Of a stretch of 64,000 nt of DNA, positions 32,177 to 41,142 are shown piece after piece. Location: positions 32,001 through 96,000 of IMG/VR virus record IMGVR_UViG_3300032516_000004; one strand, 5' to 3'. A program made the translations under genes and the position numbers. How positions within the stretch are numbered: the first letter of the stretch is position 1; each line of letters starts with the position of its first letter. Origin of the DNA: a virus. A model generated the notes under the pieces. The model did no database searches. It saw nothing but the letters and a program-made list of their open reading frames with translations, and had not been told where the DNA came from.

Positions 32177-33109
32177 ATGGGCCGGTCTCAGGAAATTATC
32201 GTCCTCGATTCGGAGCGACGATTTCTCGAGTATACGCGACCTGGGACTGCGAGATTGTTGCTAAAAGAAGGCAAAGCACGTGTTTTCTCTAGGCAACCAT
32301 TCGCAATAATGCTCTTACGCACGGTGTCAGCTGCCGAGATTAGAAGGAGAATAGTCATGCCAGCACCCCGTAATTTTACTGAGTATTTCCGTAACGAGAA
32401 GGATGTGTACGTTCAGAATCTTGCGAACGCACAGGTATCCTGTGAATTCCCTATTGGGCCTAATAGGGTCGAGGGATTCACGTTCCCACACAATCGGGAC
32501 CCCATCAATCTGACTCAACATATTCCATTTCATGCTATTAAAGATTCCATGGACTTTCGTAAAATGTTGAGCCGTAGACCCCCAGCCCTTCAACTTTTGA
32601 ATGAAGAAGAATATAATGCTTATTTTGAGAAAAGAGCATCACAACAGGGATTAAAAGATAGATCTGGGAAATTAGATATTGATGCGGCTATTGACTCGAG
32701 TGAGGAAAAGCGTCGTCGAACCGCAGATAAAAATCTTCGTGAGAATGTAACTGATAAAGACCCAGAACCCATACATGAAGTTATTGAAAGCGGTACCGGT
32801 CCCAAGGGTGCTACTCATTTTGGGGAACGTAACCGCGTAATGCCAAAAGAAGTTGTAGCAGAAGACGATATTATTAACCCTCGAGTTCTTCATCTTTGCA
32901 ATCAGGTAAAGAATGAGATTCCTGAAGAAGAAAGAATGCCTGCCAAAGACCTGCTTGATGAACTCCAGGGACTTCCAGATTTGAAACTTGATGATCTTGA
33001 GCATATTCGTGCTCATGGATTTTACAAAAGCGTGAAAAAATGGAGTAAACAGAAAATGTCTGAAATATCAGACAGTGAAGAAGCTGAAAACACTTCAGCT
33101 GACGAGTAA
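32177..33109 (+). CDS. PLMP/RRXRR-like N-terminal domain fused to a virion-region protein (internal start at 32357)
   Basis: IIVLD...TRPGTARLLLKEGKARVFSRQPFAIML fits the IscB/RRXRR N-terminus; second SD AAGGAGA plus ATG at 32357 starts the MPAPRNF domain. Confidence 0.7.
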   Translation: MGRSQEIIVLDSERRFLEYTRPGTARLLLKEGKARVFSRQPFAIMLLRTVSAAEIRRRIVMPAPRNFTEYFRNEKDVYVQNLANAQVSCEFPIGPNRVEGFTFPHNRDPINLTQHIPFHAIKDSMDFRKMLSRRPPALQLLNEEEYNAYFEKRASQQGLKDRSGKLDIDAAIDSSEEKRRRTADKNLRENVTDKDPEPIHEVIESGTGPKGATHFGERNRVMPKEVVAEDDIINPRVLHLCNQVKNEIPEEERMPAKDLLDELQGLPDLKLDDLEHIRAHGFYKSVKKWSKQKMSEISDSEEAENTSADE

Positions 33110-33113
33110 TACC

Positions 33114-33476
33114 ATGAATGAATTTACATGTCTTAGTAAAAAGTTAACTATTGCAGCGGCTGGTATTGAAACCATCGGATTAGAAACTGGATATCCATAT
33201 AGGAACTATACCGCTTGGGTATCTATTCCTACACTTGGTATTCTCAATGTGTCGGTTCAGCCAATGTTTGGTGGTTTTACTGATGGTGCCGCCACAACAT
33301 TTACGGCTGCAGGTGTAAAGAAGGCAAAACAAGCGACAACCGATGAGTTGCGACCATCTACTAGAGGCTATCAGTCAACTGATGGCGTTTTACCATTAAA
33401 GAGTGAAATAGTAATTACTAATAGTGGTGGAAGTCCAATCGAAGCCAATATATATTTATTGGCGTCACAAGGATAA
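33114..33476 (+). CDS. Hypothetical beta-rich protein, possible virion decoration (ATG 33114)
   Basis: Follows the previous stop by 4 nt; beta-sandwich-like composition. Confidence 0.55.
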   Translation: MNEFTCLSKKLTIAAAGIETIGLETGYPYRNYTAWVSIPTLGILNVSVQPMFGGFTDGAATTFTAAGVKKAKQATTDELRPSTRGYQSTDGVLPLKSEIVITNSGGSPIEANIYLLASQG

Positions 33477-33486
33477 GGAGATTGTT

Positions 33487-33837
33487 ATGACCGAGGAAAC
33501 TAAGAAGTCCACATTTAAGGAAATTGTTCAATTTGTTTATGGGTGGTTGAAGAAGATTAGTTTGCAAATATTTGGCGGCTTATTCATGGAACAGAAAAAC
33601 GGCGAGAAGCTGTGGGTTGCGTCCATGGGTAAGGTATCATTCTGGATTGTATTTGGACACTGTTTGTATATTTGGAATACTACCACCGAAGCCGTAATTG
33701 AAGGCGTAAATACTATTATGCGTGGTAATGTTAGTGACGGTGAACTTTATATTTTGATGACCCTAGTTGGATATCAGGGCGCTAAGCTTGGTAAAGCCAC
33801 TATCGTAGAAGGTATTGCAGCATTTAAAGGTAAGTAG
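33487..33837 (+). CDS. Membrane protein, holin-like candidate (ATG 33487)
   Basis: SD AAGGAG; SMGKVSFWIVFG..LYIW and LYILMTLVGY..AK hydrophobic segments. Confidence 0.5.
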   Translation: MTEETKKSTFKEIVQFVYGWLKKISLQIFGGLFMEQKNGEKLWVASMGKVSFWIVFGHCLYIWNTTTEAVIEGVNTIMRGNVSDGELYILMTLVGYQGAKLGKATIVEGIAAFKGK

Positions 33838-33839
33838 TC

Positions 33840-34178
33840 TTGAAAAACTACGGTCGCTGGATTGTTTTCGGTCTAGTAGCGGTGGGGATCATTACCCTAC
33901 TGCTACTAGTTGGGGTTAACAAGGACCTTAGACAACGCTTGATAGCATTGTTACTCGAACGTAAAGTTAAAACAGCAATTCAAGGCCTTCAAGAACAGGC
34001 CACAACTGCTAAAGCAAAGGCACAAGCTAATCAGATGAGTGCTGAAGAAGCCGAACGAGCTGCTAGAGTTACTGCGGACGCGATTGCTGAACAAAAGCTG
34101 GCCCTTCAATCAGAGTATAAGCAACAAGGATTAACTGCCAATGAGATTGCTGAGCGTTTTCGCGGTCTTGGTATTTAG
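33840..34178 (+). CDS. N-terminally anchored coiled-coil membrane protein (i-spanin-like candidate)
   Basis: TTG start; one TM (WIVFGLVAVGIITLLLLVG) followed by an Ala/Glu/Gln coiled coil. Confidence 0.5.
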   Translation: MKNYGRWIVFGLVAVGIITLLLLVGVNKDLRQRLIALLLERKVKTAIQGLQEQATTAKAKAQANQMSAEEAERAARVTADAIAEQKLALQSEYKQQGLTANEIAERFRGLGI

Positions 34179-34608
34179 TTCTTCTGTTTATGCGCAGAAG
34201 ATCGATCGTGCTGAGATCACAAAGGCTGTTAAGGACCTAAAACCCGTTGTTGTTAAGAACCAGGGTGCTGATGGTATTTGGTTCTCTACTGGAGATGCTG
34301 AAAAATTGCTAAATCTAGTAGAGAAGAAATTACCACTAGCTTTAGACATTATTGACGCACAAGACCAGCAAATAACATCTTTAAATACTGCTATTAACCT
34401 TTATAAGCTTACCATCCAATCGTATAATGAATACGCAAATTATAATAAAGATATGTTAAATACTGCTCTTAAATACTTCCCGGAGCTTAGACCCCCAGAA
34501 CCACCATTTTATAAACAACCAGTAGTGGTGTATATTGGTGGTGTTCTTACAGGCGCTGCTATCATTGTGGTTTCTGCATACGTGTTAGACAAAACACACG
34601 TAAAATAA
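34141..34608 (+). CDS. Exported protein with signal peptide and C-terminal TM segment
   Basis: MRLLSVFAVLVFSSSVYA signal; coiled coil; VVVYIGGVLTGAAIIVVSAYVL; 38-nt overlap with the upstream gene. Confidence 0.6.
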   Translation: MRLLSVFAVLVFSSSVYAQKIDRAEITKAVKDLKPVVVKNQGADGIWFSTGDAEKLLNLVEKKLPLALDIIDAQDQQITSLNTAINLYKLTIQSYNEYANYNKDMLNTALKYFPELRPPEPPFYKQPVVVYIGGVLTGAAIIVVSAYVLDKTHVK

Positions 34609-34621
34609 TATAGCAAAAGTA

Positions 34622-34651
34622 TTTAAAGATATGATTATTTTGTGGTATTAT
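34622..34651 (+). promoter_or_regulatory. Possible promoter TTTAAA-N18-TATTAT with TG extension
   Basis: TGTGGTATTAT nearly identical to TGTGGTATAAT at 24881; intergenic. Confidence 0.4.
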
Positions 34652-34668
34652 TTGCCTAAGGACTGTCC

Positions 34669-35895
34669 ATGACTATCATAGGAGATATTGCGCAGGGTGA
34701 TACTGAGTTGGTATTAGAAAATACAGTCCAGAACATTAATGCAACATTTCAAACAGACAGTGATCCACCAACGCCAATAACTCCTCAAGCACTTTCTTTA
34801 CAGGTTACGGATCTTGGTGGTAATACACTGGTTGATGATATCTATTTACCACTTGCTCAAAGAGATCCAAGTCCACCACGAATTCTTAATCCATCATCGG
34901 GAAAATTCGCGTTTCCATTTGGTCTAGATAATGGTTCAACAGATCCACTAAAATATAATAAAACAGACCAGCATCTTGAATATTTATTTACTTGGCGGGC
35001 CGCTGTGATAGCGACTGTAAGAGCTACTGCAACTATACTACCATTAGATTGGGCTGCGGTACCTATTGGAACACCGGGTAATTTCATAACTATTGAATAT
35101 GTCAATCCTGGATTACCAAATCAGTCTTTAACACTAGTACGTGTTGGCTCAGCAATTCAGGTAAAATTGGCAACAAATGGTGTTGGGGCAATAACAACCA
35201 CTGCAAGTGATGTCATAACTGCAGTTCCGCTTGATGCATCAATTGCAGAAATAGTTACTGTAACACTCAATTCAGGACATTTACCACCGGATCCAGTTCC
35301 AGTTGCGGGGGCAACACCTTTAACTGGTGGTGTTGACGAAGATGGAAGTAGCACTGTCTGTGTGAGTGTTAAAGTTATTCCGCATCGACTATGTGCCCTC
35401 CTTAATAAATTCCGATTGATGATTGATAAGACACATAAATTTGTTGACAGTAATCCAAATGATCCTTGTTATTTGGGATATTCAAATGGACAATTGTGGC
35501 AATATTTATCAGGCGGCATGCAAATTATAAATTCATATCAACCATATGTATCATTTTCATTTAGTACATTCCCATATGGAACGTATGATTTTATATTATT
35601 AGAAACATCACTACTTGCTGGTTTACTCTCACAACAATTATTTGCCGTGGATACCGATATACCCCAATGGAACGACTCTGGGAATGCTTTCGTCTTATCA
35701 CATAGTCCCCAAATAGCTCAATATGTTAATTTCTTGTCTCAAAGGCTAGACAAATTAATACCTCAATTTAAGCTACATTTTGTAAACTCTGGTAGCATAC
35801 ACGTGCAAATGGGTCCCAACTATCGTCTTCAACAACTTATTGACGCCGCTCCTGGAGGCGCACTATTTAGGAATTTATACGCTAAGGTAATATGA
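34669..35895 (+). CDS. Putative head-tail adaptor/neck protein
   Basis: First gene of the structural block; C-terminal LRLMIDK..GYS..QL...L..G...IN pattern seen in neck proteins; positional inference. Confidence 0.5.
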   Translation: MTIIGDIAQGDTELVLENTVQNINATFQTDSDPPTPITPQALSLQVTDLGGNTLVDDIYLPLAQRDPSPPRILNPSSGKFAFPFGLDNGSTDPLKYNKTDQHLEYLFTWRAAVIATVRATATILPLDWAAVPIGTPGNFITIEYVNPGLPNQSLTLVRVGSAIQVKLATNGVGAITTTASDVITAVPLDASIAEIVTVTLNSGHLPPDPVPVAGATPLTGGVDEDGSSTVCVSVKVIPHRLCALLNKFRLMIDKTHKFVDSNPNDPCYLGYSNGQLWQYLSGGMQIINSYQPYVSFSFSTFPYGTYDFILLETSLLAGLLSQQLFAVDTDIPQWNDSGNAFVLSHSPQIAQYVNFLSQRLDKLIPQFKLHFVNSGSIHVQMGPNYRLQQLIDAAPGGALFRNLYAKVI

Positions 35896-35961
35896 GCCTA
35901 CAAACTAAAAAGTGTGTATTGTATGATAAACGTAAACCATGGTTAAAGAAGGCGGCGTAGC

Positions 35962-37698
35962 ATGCCTGTTATTAAGTTAATAAATAACACTCTTTATCAA
36001 ATATCAACCACCATTGGTACTGTGGCTCCTGGTATAGGTCAAGAATTAATAGTCCAATATGATACGGTACCAATTCCCATCCAATTATACATTGAATTAG
36101 AAGCTCTAAGACTATATAACCGTATTGAGTATTATGTTAATGAAGATCCAGGGATGCGAGACGAGATTGAGTTAGCACCATATATCCTTGGTTTAATACA
36201 ATATTTCAACAAAATTGGCGAACCAACAGACGGAAGTTTTGCCGATGGATTTTTCAATTACTGGACACAAAACACTTTAATAGCGGATTCAGTAGACCAG
36301 ATATCAGAGCTTTTACTCCAGATCGCACCAACAAGTCCAGGAACCTTAACTGGACTGCAACTAGGCATATCTGGTGTTATCCAGTATTCTGCTAAGATAC
36401 CAAACGGTAATGTTGGTGCTTGGCCAACGCCAGGAACCACCATTTCAAATTTAATAGTAACTAATTTATATAATATATACTCTCCAGATCCACTTACCAG
36501 ATTTAAAGCTGGTAAAGCTAGTGATCCATCTACGGCTGGTTTATTGGAACATTTAGTTAATGGATCTGTAACAGAGAGCTACGACATTGGTGTACATGGT
36601 GTTGGCACTATTGGTAATATAACAATAAATTCTTTGATAGTATATAATGTAATCTGGTTAAAAGCAAACGCAACCATTGCCGTTATACAGCTTACACCAG
36701 GTAGACAGATTCATGTATTAAGACACTCTGAGTCGGGTCAATCGGCAAATACAGAGCTTGTGTATGACGACGTAAATACCATTCAATTATTTTCTGGTGT
36801 ACCAACCGCTGTGTTAAACACTAAAGTATCAAAATGGCTGTCCGGTATTGAGGCCTGGGGGCTAAACACAACCATTGATATTGCCTATATTGCTGCTGCT
36901 GGTATTTTCACTAAGACTTATCACCCCACAGCCGTGGGACTAGTTGAGTGTCCTGGCCATTCGTCTACTGATAATCCAGTTGGTGTGCCGAATGTTAGTG
37001 ACACACTACCGGTATCAAGAACTGTAACATTAGACATTAGTGATGAATCATCTATTGCACCATCTATGAAGTATACGCTTCAAAAGCCAGCTAGAACACC
37101 AGTTATTAATAACGTTGCACTACCACAGCCAATTAATACATACGGTGTTGTTTCAACACCTAAAACCGACGTATTTTTTGATGAGGCTCGACGTGTTGTA
37201 TTGGGAAGCGGCACATTTTCTGGAAATGCAACACCATTTGATTCTACGGTGCCGCTTGTAAATGGTAATGCACAACAAAGACACAACGGTGTTTTACAAT
37301 ATCCAAATCCAACAGATTATCCAGGATTTGTTGGGGCACAACAATATGAAAGATTTATCACTAAGATTGCGGCATCTACTGGACAGCTTACACTCGCAAA
37401 TCTTACTAATCTAACACAGGTATCACCGTATGGTACCGGTGATTTAAATATTTTGATTCATTTAAGCACTACTGGTAAATATTTTGATTTAGGTAAACCG
37501 GTTGGTGCCTTTAATGGCACTGGGTCTGGGAATAGTATGGCGAACTCCATTGGTGCTAGAAATCAAACTTTAAGTCATAATAATGTGTTTGCCTGGAGTG
37601 TTGGAACACACACCACAGCGCTTAACAATAGTGAATATCGACTAATTGTTATTTTTAGAAGTGGCTCCTTAACACTTACTGGCATCACAGAGATATAA
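35962..37698 (+). CDS. Virion structural protein (beta-rich)
   Basis: Thr/Gly/Asn-rich 578-aa ORF within the neck block. Confidence 0.55.
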   Translation: MPVIKLINNTLYQISTTIGTVAPGIGQELIVQYDTVPIPIQLYIELEALRLYNRIEYYVNEDPGMRDEIELAPYILGLIQYFNKIGEPTDGSFADGFFNYWTQNTLIADSVDQISELLLQIAPTSPGTLTGLQLGISGVIQYSAKIPNGNVGAWPTPGTTISNLIVTNLYNIYSPDPLTRFKAGKASDPSTAGLLEHLVNGSVTESYDIGVHGVGTIGNITINSLIVYNVIWLKANATIAVIQLTPGRQIHVLRHSESGQSANTELVYDDVNTIQLFSGVPTAVLNTKVSKWLSGIEAWGLNTTIDIAYIAAAGIFTKTYHPTAVGLVECPGHSSTDNPVGVPNVSDTLPVSRTVTLDISDESSIAPSMKYTLQKPARTPVINNVALPQPINTYGVVSTPKTDVFFDEARRVVLGSGTFSGNATPFDSTVPLVNGNAQQRHNGVLQYPNPTDYPGFVGAQQYERFITKIAASTGQLTLANLTNLTQVSPYGTGDLNILIHLSTTGKYFDLGKPVGAFNGTGSGNSMANSIGARNQTLSHNNVFAWSVGTHTTALNNSEYRLIVIFRSGSLTLTGITEI

Positions 37699-38685
37699 AT
37701 GCCCTGTAAGAAAAATTACCCCAGTGGTGGTCAAAGTCCCGGTTGGTGGGGCAGGAATATTCATCAACGGATAGTAGCAGAGAATCTTACTAATAAAATA
37801 GAAACACTACTTATCGATAAATTGGAATCACTAGGTAAATGCGTATTTTTATGGCAACAGGTATATCCTAATACACCAAATGCTTTACAGTGTTCGTGTG
37901 TTAAAGATACCACAAAACGGCCAGACATTACTTGTAATAGTTGCTATGGCACGAATTTTATTCCAGGTTATATTAAGTTCTTACACAGTACGTTGTCATT
38001 TCCGTCTATAATAGCAGGCATAACGCTTACTAACATTCATCTTGACTCAAATATTAAACCACATAGATTATTATTAGATAATACGTTTCTTACTGGAACG
38101 ATTGACTTTGCATTAACGGCATTTACTAATTCTGGATACAACTGGGAATATAAACTTGACGCTCCAGTCATTAAAAGTACAAATAGTGTAACTGTTACAT
38201 TTTCTACAAATGGTGTTACATATAACCCGATTGCAAATATTAACAACGTGGGTATTAAACCAACCGGTATAGGTAATATTTATATTAGAGTTGTTCTTAC
38301 TAGAATTAGCGCAAACGATCGAAGCCCTGAATTTGAAGTTTTCCGATTAAGACACGCCAAAGTAGACGAGCCGTATATTAAAATTTTACGACCCCAGATT
38401 ACGGAAATTCCTACATGGCTACAATATGGTAAGAGAACAGAACAAATCGGAGAAACATACTGGACTGTTCCATTAGATTATTTTGATCCAAGCATACAGG
38501 CCGACACACCTGACGCGAGGATTTTAGAAAACTCAATCTATAGTAGAATTGATGGTATTGATGCTGGTAATCGATATGTAACTACAAAACTTTCGTATGA
38601 CGAACAGTTTGGCCAGATGACACAACAGTCATTTGTTCCACGACGTGTACAACCAGAAGAGGTATACACAAGGTTAATGTTTTAA
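37699..38685 (+). CDS. Putative head closure/neck protein
   Basis: QCSC...RPDITCNSCYGTNFIPGY Zn-knuckle N-terminus typical of large-myophage neck proteins. Confidence 0.55.
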   Translation: MPCKKNYPSGGQSPGWWGRNIHQRIVAENLTNKIETLLIDKLESLGKCVFLWQQVYPNTPNALQCSCVKDTTKRPDITCNSCYGTNFIPGYIKFLHSTLSFPSIIAGITLTNIHLDSNIKPHRLLLDNTFLTGTIDFALTAFTNSGYNWEYKLDAPVIKSTNSVTVTFSTNGVTYNPIANINNVGIKPTGIGNIYIRVVLTRISANDRSPEFEVFRLRHAKVDEPYIKILRPQITEIPTWLQYGKRTEQIGETYWTVPLDYFDPSIQADTPDARILENSIYSRIDGIDAGNRYVTTKLSYDEQFGQMTQQSFVPRRVQPEEVYTRLMF

Positions 38686-39110
38686 TGTCAGATATAACTA
38701 TTAGTATTAAGGGTCCACTACTTAAGCCAGCGCATCAAGCTGCTAATAGTGTTGAAGAAGTAACTAATGATATTCTGCGTACTATTATCGACTCAACTAC
38801 TGATAAAATGGTAAAATATTTTAAGGATTTAATTATAACTAGGATCGAGAGATCTGTGGAGATAGCGGCTTTTGTTGGTCAGAATTCTGACCCAGAAGTT
38901 ATTAGGTCCATTATAAATGGTATTAAAGTAGAAAAGACGCCGACTCAACCACCATCCATATCAATAGAGTTTAAGAATGAATTTGGTGCATGGTATGGTG
39001 AGCCACCCAAAGAACTATTAGAAATGATTAAAGGGGTAATTGATTCGGCGCTCGGGCAGATGTCTGATATTGATATGAACAAAATGTGTGAAGAATTGGT
39101 GAAAGAATGA
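38685..39110 (+). CDS. Hypothetical neck-region protein
   Basis: Coupled to both neighbours. Confidence 0.55.
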   Translation: MSDITISIKGPLLKPAHQAANSVEEVTNDILRTIIDSTTDKMVKYFKDLIITRIERSVEIAAFVGQNSDPEVIRSIINGIKVEKTPTQPPSISIEFKNEFGAWYGEPPKELLEMIKGVIDSALGQMSDIDMNKMCEELVKE

Positions 39111-40204
39111 TTCGCGATAGTCTGTCAAGACGACCAATACCTACGGTCCCCGATGATTTGACGGATCCAGTTCGTTTCGGACAGCCCATGGAAACTACCA
39201 AAGATGTGTTTATTATTGAGTTTCGTAAATTTTTCAATAGATCCAACCAAACCGCCAGTATGCTCGAGGAACTACCTACTATTAGAAAATTCGATATATC
39301 ATTTAATCCCACGGAATCATCTCAAGAGACTGCTGTAAATTTAATCCAGAAATACCCAGACATTACAGAACACCTACCGTTGATCGCGGTATTGGGGGCT
39401 ACAGGTCGTAACTATCCCATGAGTATGGGTTTGGGTGGATCATTTGTTGATCGTGTAATGGATCCCCCCACCATAATTTCTACTAATGCTGAACCATATG
39501 CGTTGATAGATGGACAAACTATAATATATAAAACAACATCATTTAAAGGCGTTATTAACCAAAGCACCATTATATTGCGTGCTTCTCGATTTGCTAATAT
39601 TGCACAGGCAACAGCCGAGGAAGTAATCGAAGAAGTAAATTTTCAAGCACTATATGCGTCTGGGGCCGCATCGAATGGTAAGGTTGCCCTATCGTACGGT
39701 GGTCCTTCTACATCTGGTGTTAAAGGTAATATAGAAATAGTTGGTGGAACCGCTCTAACAGCTTTAGGATTTACTGTTGGACAAAAGGCAGAATACAAAA
39801 ACTTTACATCATATAATCGATATATTCAATCTACTTCAGTCGATGTGGCGTTAGAAGTAGTATCTGAAGATCATAATATTAGAACAGAACTTACAGATTT
39901 ACTTTGGAATTTCTTCACATATCAAATGAATGATAGAAGTTATATGTTTCTTGGTAGAAGCACGTTCGATACAAATATCAAGAACGAAACATATCAAATA
40001 GTTCTTAAACCAGATCCATCAATGTCGGGCGAGCAAGAAATACCTAGGCCAGGAGATGAAAGCGATAAGTTATATGTAAATAGGGTTAACGTGTCTGTAA
40101 CCACCATGCAGTTTATAGATAAAGCCGTCCTGAAACCAGGCACAACTACCCCTATGTATCTAGGTATTGTAGAGCCCGATGATGGGATTCCTCAAAAGAA
40201 TTGA
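39107..40204 (+). CDS. Putative tail terminator/completion protein
   Basis: EHLPLIAV...DVALEVVSEDH..RTELTDLL pattern; last structural gene before the sheath. Confidence 0.5.
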   Translation: MIRDSLSRRPIPTVPDDLTDPVRFGQPMETTKDVFIIEFRKFFNRSNQTASMLEELPTIRKFDISFNPTESSQETAVNLIQKYPDITEHLPLIAVLGATGRNYPMSMGLGGSFVDRVMDPPTIISTNAEPYALIDGQTIIYKTTSFKGVINQSTIILRASRFANIAQATAEEVIEEVNFQALYASGAASNGKVALSYGGPSTSGVKGNIEIVGGTALTALGFTVGQKAEYKNFTSYNRYIQSTSVDVALEVVSEDHNIRTELTDLLWNFFTYQMNDRSYMFLGRSTFDTNIKNETYQIVLKPDPSMSGEQEIPRPGDESDKLYVNRVNVSVTTMQFIDKAVLKPGTTTPMYLGIVEPDDGIPQKN

Positions 40205-40208
40205 ATAA

Positions 40209-40236
40209 TTTCTAAAGATACCTTAAACACTACTAT
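40209..40236 (+). promoter_or_regulatory. Promoter-like TTTCTA-N16-TACTAT
   Basis: Same architecture and TACTATTTT core as 31969-31999. Confidence 0.4.
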
Positions 40237-40269
40237 TTTGAGTAATGGATAAAGCTGTCTGAGTAATAT

Positions 40270-41142
40270 ATGTTATTGGAAGATACCATCGTTATTGGAA
40301 AGACCTGTAGTAAATGTGGGATTTATAAACCATATTCGGAATTTCATAAAAATACTAGAACCAAAGATGGATGTGTAATTTATTGTAAAGAATGCAATAA
40401 AGAACATAGTAGAACATGGTACCACGCAAACCCAGAAAAACGTAATAACCGGGCTACACGGCTTGCTGGTAAATATGAAGGTATAACGAATAAAATTTGT
40501 GCCAAATGTAATAAGTTAAAGCCATTTTCAGAATTCTATAAATCATCTAATAATGCTAGTGGACATAAGCCAACATGTAAGGCGTGTGTTTGTGTGGAAG
40601 AAACTAAAAGAGCTAGCAATCGCACGTTGTCCATTACACATAAAATCTGTAGTACCTGCGGTATTGATAAACCGGTAACTGATTTTGTGAAGGACAAATA
40701 TAAGAGTGATGGATATCATCAAGAATGTAGAGCATGTAAAGCGATTTACAAAAAAGAGTACTATAAAAAGAATAGAGAATGGCTAATTAAACAAGGCGCA
40801 CAAAGATTACACACCAGCATTCAGTCACGATTATCACATTTATTGCGCACTAGAATTACCGGCCTTGTTAGAAGCGGTACAAAAGCAGGATCTGCGGTTC
40901 GTGATCTGGGTTGCTCAATTATTTTCTTGAAAGAATACCTTGAGCAAAAATTTTATAATCATCCAACGACTAATGAGCCAATGACTTGGAAGAACCGTGG
41001 GCAGTATGGTTGGCATGTTGATCATATTAAGCCATTGGTTCAATTTGATCTTACTAATCGTGAACAGTTTTTACAGGCTTGCCACTACACCAACTTGCAA
41101 CCTTTATGGTGCATGGATAATTTACGTAAAGGAGCGCTCTAA
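40270..41142 (+). CDS. Free-standing HNH homing endonuclease (paralog of 18843-19874)
   Basis: Three K.CxxC...KP.SEF...CKxC repeats; GSAVRDLGCSI.FLK...MTW.N.G...WHVDHIKPL...CHYTNLQPLW. Confidence 0.85.
   Translation: MLLEDTIVIGKTCSKCGIYKPYSEFHKNTRTKDGCVIYCKECNKEHSRTWYHANPEKRNNRATRLAGKYEGITNKICAKCNKLKPFSEFYKSSNNASGHKPTCKACVCVEETKRASNRTLSITHKICSTCGIDKPVTDFVKDKYKSDGYHQECRACKAIYKKEYYKKNREWLIKQGAQRLHTSIQSRLSHLLRTRITGLVRSGTKAGSAVRDLGCSIIFLKEYLEQKFYNHPTTNEPMTWKNRGQYGWHVDHIKPLVQFDLTNREQFLQACHYTNLQPLWCMDNLRKGAL

Noticed and set aside
34141-34608. Canonical o-spanin or u-spanin
   Set aside because: No lipobox and no cysteine in the protein.
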